From Thermodesulfobacteriota bacterium (GTDB lineage Bacteria > Desulfobacterota_D > UBA1144 > Nemesobacterales > JAJCZQ01): DNA of 38,287 nucleotides. Under the pieces are notes generated by a model that was not told where the DNA came from, made no database searches, and was given only the letters and a program-made list of their open reading frames with translations. Below, one piece after another: positions 34,093-38,287 of the stretch (position 1 is its first letter; each line of letters begins with the position of its first letter). Position numbers and translations under genes: made by a program. The stretch lies in assembly GCA_965203965.1 (NCBI GenBank), contig CBDBDR010000001.1, positions 1-38,287 of the forward strand, in the 5' to 3' direction.

Positions 34093-34268
34093 CAGTTGTT
34101 TGCGAAGATCTTACATAACGGAAGCGAAAGCGGAAGTATGACTTTGGCCAATCAAACGCACGTAGGCGTGACTAACTGAAGCTGTACACGTGACGAAAAG
34201 TGAATTTCATTGGTCAGCGTCACACTTCCGCTTTCGCTTCCGTTATGCAAGGTCTTCGCAAACAACTG
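34093..34268. mobile_element. TA-flanked palindromic MITE, third copy
   Basis: ta|cagttgtttgcgaag...cttcgcaaacaactg|ta. Confidence 0.85.
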
Positions 34269-34279
34269 TATTCGCCTAA

Positions 34280-34915
34280 CAGAGGAGGTTGGCCACGCGT
34301 CATACTTACACGCACGATCACATGACATTGAAATAGCAAAGAGCCCCGCCCACCGATGCTGCAGCAGAGCTGCTGGCAGTCCAAGCTGTCCAGCTACAGT
34401 CAGTGCTGTGCGAATGGAGACCAAATGTACACGAGGCTGTCCACGAGTGATGTAGAACTGCTGCTAGCAGTGATTGAATGCTGTAGCCTTGACTAGCGGT
34501 AGGCTGTGCTCAGTATGCTGTACGACTGTTATAAGCGGTCCTACAATAATGTTGGCAAGCTCCAATGCTGTTTCAAATGCTCACAGCGTTCCTTCGGCGC
34601 TCATGGTCACCGTAGACCATCTTCTGCTTCTTCCCAATGTTTCACAGTGTGGCAACCAAAACGGCCAAGCCGAGCCAAGCCTCCTGAAATACGACCTTCT
34701 ATTGGTCGGTTAACAACTTCTTGAACGCTTGCAAACAGTTTCGCTCTGTCCTGCGCCTCCAACTAGTAGCAAATCAGCAAATTCATATAATATGAATAAA
34801 TTCATGAGGTTCCAAAAGGTTCCAAAAAGTCTATTAATTTAAGTTATTCATGAACTCGGCCTACGCATTGCATACGTAGAAATGATGATCGATGACGCGT
34901 GGCCAACCTCCTCTG
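34280..34915. mobile_element. Nested TIR element with CAGAG ends (P-element-like)
   Basis: cagaggaggttggccacgcgtcat...atgacgcgtggccaacctcctctg; TSD only partial. Confidence 0.65.
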
Positions 34916-36096
34916 GACCTAAACCCAAGACCCTAAAAACCTTCGCCGCTAACTGTGCAAAGTCGGGAGACCTTTTCGTTTAAGGCGATGGAATGTTGGC
35001 GCGTCATAGATGCGTCATAATTAATTGAAATTTTACATCCGTAGTAAGGCTGGGCCTTCGTTTGCAGTGATTTTACATTACGTCAATAGAGAAATGAACT
35101 ACTTTCAAACTGCGCGGGTTTTGCAAAGCCGCCGAATATTCCTAAATAAGAGCAATAGAATAAAACTTTCATCTTTCCTGTATGCGCTTGCATTTGTTCC
35201 GTCGTTCTACTTACAGTGTGGGCCGAGTTCTGAGGTAAGGCAACATATGACCAAGCCTCGACGCTACATATTACCTAGCTACTAGCTAGCACCGACGAAG
35301 CTGTGTTGTAGGGTGTTTGTCGTATGGTGGATGTAGGCTTGGTCCAGGAACATCGTCTTCTGTAAGTACAACGGTGTTAGGCTGCACTGGTAGCTGCCAT
35401 TAGTTCTCTGAGGTGTGCTACTATAGACCGCTGGAAGTCAGCACACGCACTGAGTAAGCAGAGCAACTAAACAAAAACTAACAGACACTAGGAAGACGAA
35501 AGTTCTCTTCTGCTGCTCTTATTCTGGAATATTCGATTGCGCTACAAAGCCCGCGCAGTTCAAAACTAGCTTATTCTCCATTGATCGCAATGTAAAAGCA
35601 GCTTCAGCTTTACTACGGATGTGACGTAAAAATTAATTATTGATAATTGCATTCTTCTGCGTCTTAAACGAAAAGGTCTAATTAACGAGGTGCCGTTCTT
35701 TCCAATTGATCCAAGGTTTTTAGGGTCTTGGGTTTGGGTTCGTGAGTGCGAGACCACGCCCATTTCCCGTCGTCCGTCCGTTTCAATTTTCCGTTTCCTT
35801 CTTTTCCATACCTCCCCCCCCCCCCCCCCCCGTTGTAGTTAGGCTGCACCCATACGTGAATTCACAAGAAAAGTCATTTCATCACCACAAAGATTCCGCA
35901 CTAACCCACTTAATCGCTTTCTGTAGTTTTTTTGTAATAACAATAATTATTATAGCAAAACTCTATTAAAGTGGAAAATTACAAACCTGTGTCAAAACTA
36001 TTACTAAGAGTTCTGTATACTAATTTATAATAGTATTATGGTAATTTGTGTTCATATCACCAATGTCCACTGTCCATGAGAGAAAGAACATGTAAT

Positions 36097-38287
36097 CTAG
36101 GGCAGCTCATCAATACGATAGTAGACAATTCGATCCAGGTCCCAATCAGCCACACACAGGTGTGTTACTGACTGACAGATTGCTTTGATAGTGAGCAAAG
36201 ATGATGAGCGCTTGATTTCAGCTTGACCGTGAAGAGGATCGACTGCAGTGAGACGCAGGTTGACTGAAACATCATCAGATGCTCCTTTGCGAATTCTGTC
36301 TGGTTGATAGTTAATAGCTGTGATGGCTAATTGGAAGACGGCAGCATTCTGAGGGTAAGGAAGCCATTGGGTGATATTAGCTGCAATGAAGTGAGAACCA
36401 TTGATGGCTGATCCATCATATGCTACAATGGAGATGTTGGCCGGACTTGCAAATGGAGGGAAATCGTGACGAACAACAGTAACATTTCCAAACATCGCTC
36501 GTTCTGAGACAAAGAAATCCGCCCTCTCAAATGAGAAGTTTCCAGCGTCATCATAGTGGAAGAAAGTGACAGGAGAAGGAACTGAAGTGATGCCATCTAG
36601 TACGACAGTGATGTTAGAGGGTCCCAAGTTGGGCTCTACTGTACATGTGAGGGTGCTGTCAGCAACAGTCACGGTGACATTAATGCATTGCGTGACACGA
36701 AACTGAGATGTGAGGTAGACAGTCAGAGGTTGGCTGTCATTGGAGGTAGTGTTCGGACCAAACTGTGTACCAGTGATAGTCACTAGTATAGGCGTGTCTT
36801 TGTAGGTAGAAGTGGGTGTGATGCTGGTGACAGTGGGAGGAGTGAGAGAGGTGAAGAAATCATCTTCAGTGGTTGGAACTTCGTCTACAGTGACAGTGAT
36901 GTTGTGGCTGACTGGGTCCAGCGCTGGAGTAATACAAGTCAGAGTGTAGTTAGAGAGGACAGTCACATTAGAACAAGTCCTTCCACCAATAGCTACAGTC
37001 ACCTCAGGCCCTTCACCATATGCTGTAGACGGACCAAAGTTAACACCGTAGACCGTCAAGAGAGTGCCACCGGATTGAGTGCCGGCAGTTGGGTAGATTC
37101 GTGTGATGACAGGAGGAGCCAGGTATGTGAATGCTTGAGAAGTGTTTAACATGAGGGCACTGTTGTCAACTGTGATAGTAACAGTCACAGGGACACCTAC
37201 TATGTTAGCAGGTGGCGAGATGGTCTGTACGCTGACATTAGCATCAACTACAGTTGTGTTTGAACCCAGCTTGAAATCAATGAGTATGTCGACCTGTCGA
37301 TGACCAACTTCTCCAGCTCTAGGACCAAAGTTAGTACCATTCACTGTCAGCAGTGTTCCTCCGCTAGCTCGGCCTGCTGTGGGTCGTATTGACGTGAACC
37401 GTGGTGAAGGATAGTAGACAAATGTGCTGACTTGACTAGCATTGACAGCATCTACAAGTGGTACTACTGGATTAGGAATGGTGGCTGTGTCATAGAAAGC
37501 AACACTAGAGAACGTGATGAAAGAATCATTACGAGAGGTGGTGAGGCTTGGGTGCATCTTGAGTCTGCTGATATCTTGCGGGTCGAAAGAGATGACTATT
37601 GTGAGAGCGTCGTTGAGGCTCACCGCCATACCTCCAGTGAGGGTATAGTTATGGTCAGCTGTAGCACCATCTTGGAGTGTGATGGAGGTGTACCCTATCG
37701 TTGTCTCATTGATTGGTTCATTAAAGTGCAGTGTCATTCGTTCATTGATAAAATCAAGATGATACTCGACCAGTTCAGGTGATGTCGTGTCTGTAGTGAA
37801 GTCAGTAGCTTGTTGAGCATCTCCGTCAGGTAGAGCAACAACGAAATTCCTGTTCATGTCTCTTACTAGCGAGTAGGTAATGCTGATCCAAGTATCAGCT
37901 ACTCCGAGTCCAAACATCTCGGTAGATTTGATTCTGTTCAAATCAGCTGGACCTAGTTGAACCGACAGCATTGTACTGTCCATTGCCTCAATTAGAACTG
38001 ATTGCATAGTGAGCTGTCTAGCTCGATTCATCAGATTCATGCTGGCGTCTTGCAGGGTGATTTGGGTCACGTCGAAGCTGCTTGCATTGACGGTCTCAGA
38101 GAAGGTAAGGTATAACACACCCCGATCCATGTCGAGGTGGAAATCGTCCAGCTCAGGTCTAACAGCATCGGTAGTGAAGCATCGTACTCTAGCACCTGCT
38201 CCATTCACCACTTCAACAACGCTGTTACCATTCATGTCTTTGATCAGACCGCTACCAAACCTGAGGTACGTGTTGTCTAGAGCTGTG
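36097..38287 (-). CDS. 3' part of a large extracellular protein: ~125-aa repeats, 3 IPT/TIG domains, Calx-beta-like domain
   Basis: Frame is open to the window edge; repeats PELDDFHLDMDRGVLYLTFSETVN / PELVEYHLDFINERMTLHFNEPIN; IPT motifs such as PVITRIYPTAGTQSGGTLLTVYGVNFG; FSFERADFFVSE...VTVVR...DGSA; no C-terminal TM. Confidence 0.92.
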   Translation of the reverse strand, partial: TALDNTYLRFGSGLIKDMNGNSVVEVVNGAGARVRCFTTDAVRPELDDFHLDMDRGVLYLTFSETVNASSFDVTQITLQDASMNLMNRARQLTMQSVLIEAMDSTMLSVQLGPADLNRIKSTEMFGLGVADTWISITYSLVRDMNRNFVVALPDGDAQQATDFTTDTTSPELVEYHLDFINERMTLHFNEPINETTIGYTSITLQDGATADHNYTLTGGMAVSLNDALTIVISFDPQDISRLKMHPSLTTSRNDSFITFSSVAFYDTATIPNPVVPLVDAVNASQVSTFVYYPSPRFTSIRPTAGRASGGTLLTVNGTNFGPRAGEVGHRQVDILIDFKLGSNTTVVDANVSVQTISPPANIVGVPVTVTITVDNSALMLNTSQAFTYLAPPVITRIYPTAGTQSGGTLLTVYGVNFGPSTAYGEGPEVTVAIGGRTCSNVTVLSNYTLTCITPALDPVSHNITVTVDEVPTTEDDFFTSLTPPTVTSITPTSTYKDTPILVTITGTQFGPNTTSNDSQPLTVYLTSQFRVTQCINVTVTVADSTLTCTVEPNLGPSNITVVLDGITSVPSPVTFFHYDDAGNFSFERADFFVSERAMFGNVTVVRHDFPPFASPANISIVAYDGSAINGSHFIAANITQWLPYPQNAAVFQLAITAINYQPDRIRKGASDDVSVNLRLTAVDPLHGQAEIKRSSSLLTIKAICQSVTHLCVADWDLDRIVYYRIDELP

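Larger units (their letters stand above)
33956..35830. mobile_element. MULE-like element with 9-bp TSD and nested insertions
   Basis: TIR gtatggaaaagaaggaaacggaaaa...gtctcgcactca mirrored at 35742-35812; TSD cgttgtagt at 33947-33955 and 35831-35839. Confidence 0.85.

Noticed and set aside
36904..37782. Plus-strand ORFs
   Set aside because: Antisense shadows of the long minus-strand CDS

Overview
Eukaryotic (spliceosomal introns), repeat-dense animal DNA; tiny introns, receptor-tail motifs and protein repeat types suggest a demosponge, but this is inference. Manual splicing on the minus strand gives two Ig-superfamily single-pass receptor genes: gene A (4880-8898, first exon not found) and a complete gene B (25200-27576, 371 aa). 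A decayed third TM/tail exon lies at about 31612-31739. A and B share a conserved tyrosine/proline-motif tail but have unalignable Ig ectodomains and independently duplicated mucin-stalk exons. The window ends in a >2.1 kb single exon of a large, probably secreted protein (~125-aa repeats, 3 IPT/TIG, Calx-beta-like) that has a pseudogene copy at ~23 kb. The rest is local segmental duplications (including two orphan TGF-beta-receptor-like last exons), four dead LINE fragments, many nested non-autonomous DNA transposons with readable TSDs, and two arrays of a 15-bp satellite. No CRISPR, rRNA or intact tRNA was seen. Transposon superfamily labels rest on termini/TSD patterns only.
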